A stretch of 26,734 nt of DNA, from IMG/VR virus record IMGVR_UViG_3300010885_064671; one strand, written 5' to 3'. Both the position numbers and the translations under genes were made by a program. This DNA is from a virus. Of the stretch, positions 14,701-23,633 are shown one piece after another. Numbering within the stretch: position 1 is the stretch's first letter; every line of letters starts with the position of its first letter. The notes beneath the pieces were generated by a model that did no database searches, was not told where the DNA came from, and was given only the letters and a program-made list of their open reading frames with translations.

Positions 14701-16178
14701 CTTGGGCTTATTCCAGATTGATGCATTTCAAGAATTTGTTTTGCAAAATCCCTGTTCCTCATAGAAGCCTCAGACATATAGGATGGAAGCCATTCGGATT
14801 CATTGTTGTAAACTGTGTTTCTTAACATGCTTTTTATATCTGATGGTAGCGTACCATTCTCTATGTGACCCCTAAATTCATTCATCATACTATTTGAATA
14901 GGCTCTAATATTCTCCATATCCTCTGGCGTAGAAAATATTTCACCCAAAAAAGATGTTGACACAGCGTCTGCATAAACGCCTGAAGAATTAGAACCAAGT
15001 CCACTTATAACTAATCCATTAAATTTAATACCTAAATCAGATTTTATAGCTTCCTCGTCATAGATGCCGGCAAAACTACTGAATATCCCTCTTGCTCCCC
15101 CTCTGCCTAATTTATCAAAATCCGTAAAGTAAGCTGCCGATTTAAACTGCTCTTCGCCCATGCCTCCTCTTAAAGAAACTTGATATAAATTATTTGCATT
15201 ATCTAAAATATCAGATTGACCAGTCAATTCGTAAAGTTGTTCTTTTAATTTATTTGCATCAGCCAACGATGGAGCTACCCCCGTAGAGCCACCACTTATC
15301 TGATACTGCAATTTTTCAATTTCTAATTTTATCTGATTTTTTTTATACTTTAATATATTAATATTATGTGGAGAAATACCATCAAATTCTTTTCTAATAC
15401 CTTTTACAACTTTTTCTATTGATTGGTATTCATCACTACTTAATTTTTTTCCAAGTTCTTCAAGAAGTTCTTTTGAGCTACTTGATGATTCTATGATAGC
15501 TCTTACATCTGGTCTAGATAAAATGTCGATTGCATCTTGGCCACCTATATTTTTTATTGTATTTCCTATTTCTATATCACTACCTAAAAGTTCATCTATT
15601 AAATTGTATTGTTTCCCATTATGGATTTTTTGATATTCACCATTTTGACCCACCCTAGCTTCCAAGCCCAAATGTTTTTTTAAATAATCTATTCCAGAAT
15701 CTACTCTTAATATACCGTCTTCCATTTTTGTGCCCCCAAAAGAACCTATAATATCTGATTCAGTAATGGTCACATCTCTTTCTGAAAAAAAAGCTCTTAA
15801 ACGTTTTGGAAGTTTGTTTACAAAATCTGACATCTCTCCTGCACTTAACTTATCCTGCAGTTTGTCTACATTCAAAATTCCGCCACCTAATATACGAGTC
15901 ATCATATTAATCTGAGCTGAAGTTAGATTTTTTTCTTCACCAGAAATTAATGCCTTCATGGCTACAAACGTTCCATTTTCCGAGTCGATTATTGGTATAA
16001 ATCCAATGCCACTTTTCTGCAGCTGCTTGGCGGCCTCCGCTGCATTTTGGCCTGATGAAGCTTTTACTGAAATCACTTGGAAGCTTAAGCTACTAGCGTC
16101 TAAGCCTCCTAAGCCTATTCTATTTAAGTTACTCTTTTGTGTCGCAGTAGCACCACTAAATGCATCTTGTATCCCGGC
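11751..16178 (-). CDS. Divergent single-chain two-barrel RNA-polymerase-like protein, main frame (putative virion RNAP)
   Basis: The track start GTG at 16076 lacks a properly spaced RBS, and the frame is open upstream to 16178. Ordered motifs: FDG (15386-15378), QVSLRGGMGEEQFK (R 15170, K 15143), PRLPDVKRFAVSSE, GGFDLDDK (14399-14376), RQP (14303-14295), LLGRYVN (13658-13638), AIDFSK (13505-13488). Confidence 0.7.
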   Translation of the reverse strand, partial: AGIQDAFSGATATQKSNLNRIGLGGLDASSLSFQVISVKASSGQNAAEAAKQLQKSGIGFIPIIDSENGTFVAMKALISGEEKNLTSAQINMMTRILGGGILNVDKLQDKLSAGEMSDFVNKLPKRLRAFFSERDVTITESDIIGSFGGTKMEDGILRVDSGIDYLKKHLGLEARVGQNGEYQKIHNGKQYNLIDELLGSDIEIGNTIKNIGGQDAIDILSRPDVRAIIESSSSSKELLEELGKKLSSDEYQSIEKVVKGIRKEFDGISPHNINILKYKKNQIKLEIEKLQYQISGGSTGVAPSLADANKLKEQLYELTGQSDILDNANNLYQVSLRGGMGEEQFKSAAYFTDFDKLGRGGARGIFSSFAGIYDEEAIKSDLGIKFNGLVISGLGSNSSGVYADAVSTSFLGEIFSTPEDMENIRAYSNSMMNEFRGHIENGTLPSDIKSMLRNTVYNNESEWLPSYMSEASMRNRDFAKQILEMHQSGISPRDSPRMMNMIASLHASEMYRVQSKKGIDQYMPRLPDVKRFAVSSEASANLGGQSQPFSAMGQVDFVGENGGDITSELMNFRVNDGRVLFGPGMVDKFYQSLGGFDLDDKVLTKIMTYNDKAVNGKKRLVFGMYRQPSGPQESIYAKAILDEDTLRSYFGDKNFKNLFNEYKTNNQSSEIDELFDVLWNEKKYTNLNSESAEELILQIYDSSKSKGGMGLRHLNPDATGVTGSHNRRILRQMEREGSELQGTGQYTRESIYKIFTDESKKTGDGFLILDEFTDLLKTSDYTNAIDTTLHSQLLKAAESRNIVELNRLIQANRGDNLLGGLLQESTFAKMFNVAQSAEGDLLGRYVNRTMLIGSKMNQTEDLIEELYKIGGQDSNIQKILNIRTGLFAQETAIDFSKNASGAFHQFDITTSSIKAMNISAVSSFDPAQALKLISNLEGNPISNVGEQGIRNLGMRIGTEHAIVREVANQMIANGEDATGFLERYLPKIDEMLLGTRLHQADAKLFQDAIIGSIEGTAQDKSIFKEVLDSLRASDDSEKISASLIKYFGANASHAYAGSSAISAEGLRAASVMAATKRLYNRGNLLDSTLLRHQYDEGSGRVADYLIAKHNEEISRIANFGESALPEIDRIDLDLRKMQRGEAAFSDIQEGARRAGVSMEQMINTMEKRAHQSSSTLLYDELRYGTSEGSVSEMFNAARTKRRYDFYEKIRDDLKGTIDDIGTGPIDEIEKRSAEAFRLNSALPTTKDLDILALLSEDEKILESHFGGAANVSAARATNRERIDAIRSNFNYENLQEEYKTGAEFTQVQPASTVSSSGKVAEDIERVLSGENVVANKGTFTRLSNFIKDGSLKQLFNENKTFKNTALGIGALVVASFAYQHFSDRTPEQMQGPALLPGGSAYEENYPQRMAELPQIGTMSYNPGINYKVNLFGDRGSVEDFRKNAMGLGKFNTNTTMYRRTPQLGRNPYQEVASSF

Positions 16179-16473
16179 TTAATATTGGTGCGACTTGTGC
16201 GAACCTCGCATTGTATGCGGCAGTTCCTGGTATAGATGCATCTTTAGATATTGTATTAAAATTAGTTAGAAGAACGCTTCCTACTTCTACAAAAGCTTCT
16301 TCAATAGTTTTATGTTTCTTACCAGTAATATTAGAAATGTATGAAATTATTCCGTTAGCATCTTGGTCTATTCTTACTCCACCAGCTCTACCTGTTTCAG
16401 TCGAAAGCAAAGAACTTTGCGCAGCAAAAAGTCTTTTTTTAGGATCAGACCAAATTTTATTTACATCTACCAT
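16156..16473 (-). CDS. Probable N-terminal part of the RNAP-like gene, separated from it by a +1 frameshift
   Basis: The ATG overlaps the upstream stop (TAATG) and has GGAG upstream. Its last codons overlap the open +1 frame (16178-16159) that runs on to 11751. The fused product would be about 1573 aa. Confidence 0.75.
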   Translation of the reverse strand: MVDVNKIWSDPKKRLFAAQSSLLSTETGRAGGVRIDQDANGIISYISNITGKKHKTIEEAFVEVGSVLLTNFNTISKDASIPGTAAYNARFAQVAPILSRDTRCI

Positions 16474-19400
16474 TATCTAACTCCAGCCGATATATCAATG
16501 CCGCTAGAACCAAATGGATTCATTACTGGTGTTACTGTCCCAGATACACCAGAACCATTTAGGAGACTTCTAAGCTTCTGTAAAATATTTCCCTTATCTT
16601 CTTGTTTAGAAAATTGTGGAAAAGATGGATTAGACAAATTAGCTTCTCGCAGCTGTTGAGGATAGTAACCCATTTGAGACATTTCAAGACCCATATTTTG
16701 ACCTATTTTTATTTTTACATGATCCATATTAGTACTAGGATTCCATCCTTCCCAATCCATATCTGGCAGTTCATGCTTGGCGAAATATTCGCCCAGATCT
16801 GGTTTGTCCTCTACCGGCATGCCCCAAGCTGCCTCATATATTCTTCTTTCCAATCTTCCAGAAGTAGACAATATAGCTTTGCGTTCAGACTCTGGGGCAT
16901 TAATCATTTCCGCAAAATGTTCTCTTTTTCTTTTTGGTATTGCAAGACTTAAAGTATCTATTGGTGCACCATAAATATCTGCCCCATACATAGTCCTTTT
17001 AGCTGCTTGAGTATACTGATTGGCATCCATCCCGTTGCCCGATTGCTTAGCCATAGAAGCCAGCCTAGAATACTTAACATAAGTTAACATATCTGAATAT
17101 TCTTCTAAAGCTAATTCCTTCTTTCTAGTCTTTGGAATATACCTTTCACCTGTTATCTTTTCTTTTATATTTGATATTAAAGAAGAAGATAAACCAACAG
17201 CTGCACCAACACCACCAGATAATGCTTTTGCCCTTGGAGTCCTACCTAAGGTGCTACCAATAAATGATAACATACCTGCTGCTGTTATCGGATTTCTATC
17301 TGACGCCTTTTGAATCATTGGCTTTATGAAACTTTCATAAGGTTTTTGCCATTCAGGAAAAGTTGAACCATAAACATTTCGTCTTTCCCAATCTTCTTGA
17401 GCTGTACGCCTTTGAAGAAATTTAGTATTAAATAATGTATCTCTATGTGCTAAATATTCCATGGTTCTTCCAGCATTATATTTAGCGCTAGATAAACCCA
17501 TTTCAGATGCCGTTTTGTCCTTATACTTATAGGGACTAAATTCATATTTTTTTGTAGTTTCAGCTAATCTAGCTCTTATTTCTCCTACCTTTATTCTTTG
17601 ATCTGGTGATAAATTTTGAGAATCTATTGATGAATTTATTTTCTTAAATTGATCCGAATACGGCGCAACATCAGCCAGTATACTTAGCTGATCAAGTAAT
17701 CCATACTTACCAGTAGAATCAGAATTAAGATTATGCAATCTCTCATATCCTACTCCAGGCAATCTTAGCTCACCTTCTTGCACCTTAGTGAAAGGATCGC
17801 CCCTTTGGAAGTCCGTAAAATATTCTGCCCCCGGCAAAAATGGATATTGCTGCCCCATAGTATTTTTTATTGGGTTGATATAATCTATACCAGTTCTTTC
17901 TTTAGGAATAAATCTTCTAACTATTTCAGAAAATTCTAAGTTGCCTAACGCACCTTGTGCAGGTAAGGGAACATCTCCTGCTCCACCTAGATTCAAATCC
18001 CAAAAAGCTCTGCTACTCCCATATGCTTTACTTGATGATTGTAAAGTTGATCTATTAGGTTGAAAATCTTTTTTACCAAAACCAAATTTTTCTCTAAGAC
18101 TAGAAAAACCAAATCCATATATACCGGCCATTTCCTGTGCCCTATAACCAAATTCTCCCAACTGCATAGACCCACTAATTGGTGCACCAGCAGCAACAAT
18201 AGGCGGTGACATTATCCCACGCTGTTTAGTTGGGCCATACGCCATTTCAGCTAAAGGGCCATTTAACCCAGCGATAGATCCCTGAGTTAATACTGATGCA
18301 GTGTTGCGCGGATTACCAGCTGCACTGCTATATCCTGCGTTTATACCAGATATTGCACCGTTACTAAAACCTCCACCCCCTGAACCACCGCCAAACCCAG
18401 ATGAACCGCCCCCTATAGCACCACCGATGTAAGCAGAGCTGTCGTATGCGCCAGATTGACCGACACTCACATAATTAGACAGACCCTGAGTTAATTCATC
18501 AGCATGCATCATCTTTTGTGGCTTTAGTATTCTACCCAAGGTAGCATTCAAAGCTGGTACAGCTGGACCAAATGGGCCAGTAAAATATTCACCAGTTACA
18601 GGATATGGTCTATCTTGATAATGTTTTCTTTCAAATCTATATGGGTCTAATGGTCTAAGTGGAGATATGTCATTGTAGTATAAGAATTTTTCCATTGGGC
18701 TTCCATAGGTATCTGAGGTAAACATTGCCCCAGCCTCTAACCTCTTATACCAAGAAGGCCTATAATAATTTACTTTTCCACCTTTAAACGGAGTGTTACC
18801 AAGAGGCCAAAAACGCCCTTGCCTTATCGGCACCATACCTTCTGTTAACTGCTCTTTCTTTTGCTCAAATGTCATTCCTCCTGGAGTAATCCCAGAAACA
18901 ATTGATCTAGCTTCGACTAATCCACGAGCAGCTTTTGTCGTAAAAAATGGAGAATATATTCTTTGCCCGTTTTCGTCTTTACCATTGGCAGCTCCACCTA
19001 TTGTTCTGTCTACTGTAAGTGCGGTAACGCCTGCTGCATACAGCGGCAATACCCTCTTGCCAACCATTCCCCTCATGTATAAGTCTAGGGGACCTTTATA
19101 TTTGCTAACGTCTAATTGCCCGCCCAATGTTCCAAAGTATCTATTTAATCTTTCTACACCTTGAGACACAGCTGTTGAACCAGTAGAATAGTTTGAAGGG
19201 TCTTTATAAGTCCCTATACCCAAAGCACTCTTTAATGCCCCAAAAGGATTCTTGTCAAATGCTGTCCCAAATGTAGGTGCAAAAGTTATTTTTTGACCAG
19301 AACCAAATGGATCTACACCTAAACTATTTGTTGTATGTGGAGCTGTACCAAAAATCTTTTTGCCAAAAGGAACCAAGGAGGAAAAAGGTTTTCTAACACC

Positions 19401-22400
19401 AGTATTAATTGAGGCAATTGTTCCCTTTGTAAATGGTTCAAAAAGTTTTTTTGCACCGGCGCCAGTAGTTGAACTTAATCTTTCCATCAATTCTGTTACT
19501 GCTGCCCTAGAATTTTCTATAGATGCAGCACTCTGCTTATATGTGGTAAATGCGCTTAAATTAAATAGTGTTGATAAAGCTGCGGCTTGTGCTTCTGCGA
19601 ATTTTGAAGCTGGTAAAGTTTTCTTTAATTGCTGAAGAACACTCTGTATATTAATGAACATCTCATTAACACCAGATCCACCATTACTTAACGCTGCATT
19701 TGTTTGCGAAACATATCTAAATATTTCATTTTTTAATTCATCGACACGAGTAGTAATTGTGGAAGATTTTGCGCTGAGCTCAGACATTCCAGCTGCATCT
19801 GATTTTAGAATATTTTGTATTCTAGAATATGATTTTGTTATAAAACTTGAATCAAGACCTTTAGCTTTAGCTTGCGCTTTAAGCATCGGAATCATGTTGC
19901 CTAGTTGCTGAGCATACTCTTTAGCTTGTTGTGGAGTTTTGATAGAAGAAATTCTGCCCAATCCAGCAATACCAAATGTTTCTGGCATGCTAGTTTCCAG
20001 CTGTGCCATAATTCTATCGTCAAATCCGTAACCAAAAGTGCTTCTTTCAAATGATTCAACGCTTCGCAAAATTTGGGATTCATCATATAAATTACTTGGT
20101 TTCCCTAAATCATCCACCAAAGAATACTTGCCGTCAACTTTATCTAATCTAACCGATTTTCTTTGGCCACCTTCTTTTATTAAAACTTCTTCCCCACTCA
20201 ATAAACGTGAAGTAACACTAGGGTTGTTTATGTCATAAGATCTTTTTCTAAATCTGGAAAATAAATTTAATAAAGAGTTTGGTTGTTCTGCGTCGACATC
20301 CATTGCCCCCTTAAATCTTCTAAGTTTACTTGAGCCAATTTCACCTATATCAGTAACTGATTCGCCACTCAATCCAGAAGCAAAACGAGCCTGCCTGCTA
20401 AGCATTTCCATACTCTGAGTTGGCAAGGGTCTATATGTACCCTTTAGTGTTTTGCCTGAAATTTCACCAGATTGACTGTCAGTAAAGTATGAAGTTATTT
20501 TTCCTTTTGTACCACGAGTGCTGTGCCACATGTGGAAGTCTGCAGTACTTCCGCTCAATTCACCAAAAGGCTGGACAGTCATACCTGGGGAGTATTGAAG
20601 CGGTCCCGCTTTTTTCATTTGAGCAAATGATCTATATCCAAACATGTCTGCTGGATTAATTTTAATTATAGGTACTTGTAACTCGCTAGCAAAAAAATTA
20701 GCTACTTTAGAAAAGGTTGTTTTTACGGCACTGAAGTCTAAGACTTGTCCACTTTTACTTTGATATACGCCGCCTAATTTGTTGAATCCTATAGATCTAG
20801 AAACAGGATCCGACACCGCCATTCTTCCAGCAAGACCACCTATTATTTCCTGCTCTCTCTGTGGAAGATATTTAAAATTTCCCCTTTCTATCGCTTCGCT
20901 TATTAACACGGGCCTTATGCCAAAGATATTTGAATTACCTTCAAATATACCTGAAGTCATTTTTTTATTTCTTACCAAAAATGATCTTAAATCATTGAAG
21001 TTATATGGGTCTAGACCTCTATTGACTAATCCAGATCTGATCAGATCATTAGATACTAAACCTCCACCAGCTTTATTTAATGGTATACCAAGAGATTGTG
21101 CTGTTTTTCTTTGTAAGAATTCTTTTTTTGCGCTGGTAAGGGGACCAACAAAATCTTGATAAGCTGCTTTTTGTGGTTTTAACAACGTAGAAGCAATATC
21201 AACCATATCATTTCTGGCAAATGAATTCCATTGATTGCCAATTTTTGTTGCAAGTGATTTCTTAAATTCTCTACTTGTGAAATATGTATTGGTTTCTTCA
21301 ACTATATTTTGAAAAAACTTTCCGGGTGTTTGACCATCATTTTTTGCTAATTCAAAAAAATTATTATTGAATTCTTTTCCACCTTTTATATTTCTAAATC
21401 TTTCTAAAATTCCCTCAAAGTATTCGTCTCCATCTTTATGTATTCCTGTTTTTCCAAGTGATACACTATTGCTTGGATGAGTTTGGGAGCCTGGAGCGTT
21501 TGTTCTTAATTGCGTTACAAAATTATTTGCTTCTTTTTCGTCTATTCCTTTTGCAATTAATCTTCTAGATAAAAGTTGTCTATACTCTTTATTTTGTTGT
21601 CCTATAAAAAATTCTGATTTAGAAAAACTTTTATCGCCAGGACCACCAGCTCCTAAAATAGAAACTTGACTGGCAAAGCTTGACAATCTACTTGAATACT
21701 GAGATTGTATTTTTTGCATTGCAGCTATAACACTCTCGGCATGGTTGCCAGGGGAACTGGCAGCTAGTAATCTTCCATGAGCAATAGAGTTACCTAATGC
21801 ATCATAGGCTTCCCCAAAGACTCTGAATTGTTGACGCCCTGTTCTAATACCTGAACTCAAACCCCTTAAAGCTGGAATGGAATCAACTAAACCAGCTTTA
21901 TCATTTACGCCAAATGCAAGGGCTTTGGCATAGATGGTGGCTCTTTTTAGTCCTGGGTCTTTTGACGCAGCAGAAGCCCTGTACGCAGCTGTGGCGCCAT
22001 GCCTAGCATCGTATAGTGCTTGGACTATCTTAGGTTGCTCATCAGCACCCATAGCTTTAGCGGCACTAGTAAAAGCCCCTGAAGTTTGTGCGGCCTTCTT
22101 AAGGAAAGCATTACCTGCGGTTGTTGCATCATGGCCAACCTCGGAAAGAATATCAGTAAGATCTAGATAGCCTTTAGCTACCTTTTGTTTTAAGGGACTC
22201 AGACTTGACAGGGAATTCATTGAATACTGGAAGGTATTAAGTGAGCTCTTAGCCGCATTTACAGTGCCACCTAAAATCTCACCTGGCAGCACCATTGTAG
22301 CAATGTTGTTTACTGAAGTTTTTACAAAATCAGTTAATACGTCTGCTGGATTATACCAGTTTACTTTTTTTCTTTTATCATTATTTCCAAATAGTGGATC

Positions 22401-22988
22401 AGTTACAGCTTTTTGTGCACCATATAATGCTGGAAGTTCATAGGGCATTCTTCTTCCAGCCCTAATCATCCTTTGTTGCATTTCTTCTTTAAATGACCAG
22501 ATTGATGCCGGCTCGTTAGTTAAACCCCTTCCTGCTTGTTGGAGTTCATTTTTTGTAAAAGAATAACCAAAATTTTCAAAAGTAGAATGAGCACGACCCA
22601 TGTAGCCGGTAGTTAATTCATCACCAATTTTATATACTAATTTTTCGTAAGGATCATTTACGCCATCAATTGCCCTTTTAACACCCTGCAAGGCATCAAG
22701 ATGTTTCCTAACATCTATCATGTCTTTTATTAAAGATGTACTACCGTGCGTTTGGATTTTTTCAGCTAATTTTAAGCCACCTTTTCGGAGCATAGTTGCG
22801 CCAACACCAGCAACTAAAACAGTTGTACCCATGTGCGCAAAAAAGCGCATGACTGGATGCCCATTTAGGGCTTTACTTACTACTCCGCTATCTTGAGATA
22901 TACCTTCTGTTTCGCCGTCACCAACAGGTATGTCACGAGATGATATACCATTACCAAGACTCTGTAATGGCCCACGATCTCTTATCAA
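16473..22988 (-). CDS. Large tape-measure-position / ejection protein (2171 aa)
   Basis: Directly follows the chaperone-like pair. TTG start with AGGAG at 22999-22995. Gly/Ala/Ser-rich with several hydrophobic segments (MGTTVLVAGVGATML; VLPLYAAGVTALTV; ITAAGMLSFIGSTLG...ALSGGVGAAVGLSSSLI). Function is assigned by position, not by a motif. Confidence 0.6.
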   Translation of the reverse strand: MIRDRGPLQSLGNGISSRDIPVGDGETEGISQDSGVVSKALNGHPVMRFFAHMGTTVLVAGVGATMLRKGGLKLAEKIQTHGSTSLIKDMIDVRKHLDALQGVKRAIDGVNDPYEKLVYKIGDELTTGYMGRAHSTFENFGYSFTKNELQQAGRGLTNEPASIWSFKEEMQQRMIRAGRRMPYELPALYGAQKAVTDPLFGNNDKRKKVNWYNPADVLTDFVKTSVNNIATMVLPGEILGGTVNAAKSSLNTFQYSMNSLSSLSPLKQKVAKGYLDLTDILSEVGHDATTAGNAFLKKAAQTSGAFTSAAKAMGADEQPKIVQALYDARHGATAAYRASAASKDPGLKRATIYAKALAFGVNDKAGLVDSIPALRGLSSGIRTGRQQFRVFGEAYDALGNSIAHGRLLAASSPGNHAESVIAAMQKIQSQYSSRLSSFASQVSILGAGGPGDKSFSKSEFFIGQQNKEYRQLLSRRLIAKGIDEKEANNFVTQLRTNAPGSQTHPSNSVSLGKTGIHKDGDEYFEGILERFRNIKGGKEFNNNFFELAKNDGQTPGKFFQNIVEETNTYFTSREFKKSLATKIGNQWNSFARNDMVDIASTLLKPQKAAYQDFVGPLTSAKKEFLQRKTAQSLGIPLNKAGGGLVSNDLIRSGLVNRGLDPYNFNDLRSFLVRNKKMTSGIFEGNSNIFGIRPVLISEAIERGNFKYLPQREQEIIGGLAGRMAVSDPVSRSIGFNKLGGVYQSKSGQVLDFSAVKTTFSKVANFFASELQVPIIKINPADMFGYRSFAQMKKAGPLQYSPGMTVQPFGELSGSTADFHMWHSTRGTKGKITSYFTDSQSGEISGKTLKGTYRPLPTQSMEMLSRQARFASGLSGESVTDIGEIGSSKLRRFKGAMDVDAEQPNSLLNLFSRFRKRSYDINNPSVTSRLLSGEEVLIKEGGQRKSVRLDKVDGKYSLVDDLGKPSNLYDESQILRSVESFERSTFGYGFDDRIMAQLETSMPETFGIAGLGRISSIKTPQQAKEYAQQLGNMIPMLKAQAKAKGLDSSFITKSYSRIQNILKSDAAGMSELSAKSSTITTRVDELKNEIFRYVSQTNAALSNGGSGVNEMFINIQSVLQQLKKTLPASKFAEAQAAALSTLFNLSAFTTYKQSAASIENSRAAVTELMERLSSTTGAGAKKLFEPFTKGTIASINTGVRKPFSSLVPFGKKIFGTAPHTTNSLGVDPFGSGQKITFAPTFGTAFDKNPFGALKSALGIGTYKDPSNYSTGSTAVSQGVERLNRYFGTLGGQLDVSKYKGPLDLYMRGMVGKRVLPLYAAGVTALTVDRTIGGAANGKDENGQRIYSPFFTTKAARGLVEARSIVSGITPGGMTFEQKKEQLTEGMVPIRQGRFWPLGNTPFKGGKVNYYRPSWYKRLEAGAMFTSDTYGSPMEKFLYYNDISPLRPLDPYRFERKHYQDRPYPVTGEYFTGPFGPAVPALNATLGRILKPQKMMHADELTQGLSNYVSVGQSGAYDSSAYIGGAIGGGSSGFGGGSGGGGFSNGAISGINAGYSSAAGNPRNTASVLTQGSIAGLNGPLAEMAYGPTKQRGIMSPPIVAAGAPISGSMQLGEFGYRAQEMAGIYGFGFSSLREKFGFGKKDFQPNRSTLQSSSKAYGSSRAFWDLNLGGAGDVPLPAQGALGNLEFSEIVRRFIPKERTGIDYINPIKNTMGQQYPFLPGAEYFTDFQRGDPFTKVQEGELRLPGVGYERLHNLNSDSTGKYGLLDQLSILADVAPYSDQFKKINSSIDSQNLSPDQRIKVGEIRARLAETTKKYEFSPYKYKDKTASEMGLSSAKYNAGRTMEYLAHRDTLFNTKFLQRRTAQEDWERRNVYGSTFPEWQKPYESFIKPMIQKASDRNPITAAGMLSFIGSTLGRTPRAKALSGGVGAAVGLSSSLISNIKEKITGERYIPKTRKKELALEEYSDMLTYVKYSRLASMAKQSGNGMDANQYTQAAKRTMYGADIYGAPIDTLSLAIPKRKREHFAEMINAPESERKAILSTSGRLERRIYEAAWGMPVEDKPDLGEYFAKHELPDMDWEGWNPSTNMDHVKIKIGQNMGLEMSQMGYYPQQLREANLSNPSFPQFSKQEDKGNILQKLRSLLNGSGVSGTVTPVMNPFGSSGIDISAGVR

Positions 22989-23000
22989 AATATTCTCCTA

Positions 23001-23633
23001 CTACTTCATGCCCCATAGCTTTTGAGCGATAGGATCCTGATAGGCTGCTTCACCTGGTTTTTTAGACAGATTATGTCTTGCTTCACTTGTTCTTTCCTTT
23101 AGAATTTCTTCTTCCGGATCAATCAATTGCAGGTTAATATTGCTAGGTTCTACGCCATTTATGCTTTGCTGAATTTCTATAATCTTTTCAGATAAAGCAA
23201 CGTTTTCTGCCAATTGAGAAAAGGTCATCTTGTCTAAATCGCCAGGACTGTATGCATGTATAGTAGCGAGCACAAAGGCCTTCATTAAGCTTCTTACTTC
23301 ATTGGCTTTTTCCCTTTTGCCCTCAAGTATATCTTTAGCTATCTTAGCTGAATAGAAGCCAGAGACATCTACCACCTGCTGGGACAGGGATGATATCAAT
23401 CCAGGAGATAAAGAATTCACATCAAAATCGCTAGGGTAAACAACCGCAGCTGCCAATATGACATCCTCTACATCAGCAGAAGAGTGGTCTTGCGAATTCT
23501 TATATTCTACAATTTTATCGTATTCTTCGAATGTTAATTCCCTAAAAAAGATATCTTTACTTTTTACATTAATACTAAATATAGAACCATATCTTTTTTT
23601 TAGTTCATATAATTGTTCTGGATCCATATTCAA
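23001..23633 (-). CDS. Tail assembly chaperone-like protein, long paralog (start may be ATG 23627)
   Basis: Lies between the tube genes and the tape-measure-position gene. The N-terminal half (LKKRYGSIF...IFFRELTFEEY...VVYP...PGLISSLSQQVVDVSGF) is paralogous to the upstream 167-aa protein. Confidence 0.65.
   Translation of the reverse strand: MNMDPEQLYELKKRYGSIFSINVKSKDIFFRELTFEEYDKIVEYKNSQDHSSADVEDVILAAAVVYPSDFDVNSLSPGLISSLSQQVVDVSGFYSAKIAKDILEGKREKANEVRSLMKAFVLATIHAYSPGDLDKMTFSQLAENVALSEKIIEIQQSINGVEPSNINLQLIDPEEEILKERTSEARHNLSKKPGEAAYQDPIAQKLWGMK

Noticed and set aside
16081-16116. Short repeat/palindrome (CTAAGCCT twice, AGCTTAAGCT) as a frameshift stimulator or RBS for GTG 16076
   Set aside because: It is too far downstream of the shift window to be a typical stimulator, and the AGGAGG is more than 25 nt from the GTG. 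It is explained by the codons for GLGGL.
16129-16158. TAG readthrough joining the 105-aa ORF to the large ORF
   Set aside because: Reading through TAG hits TAA nine codons later in the same frame. Only a frame change joins them.
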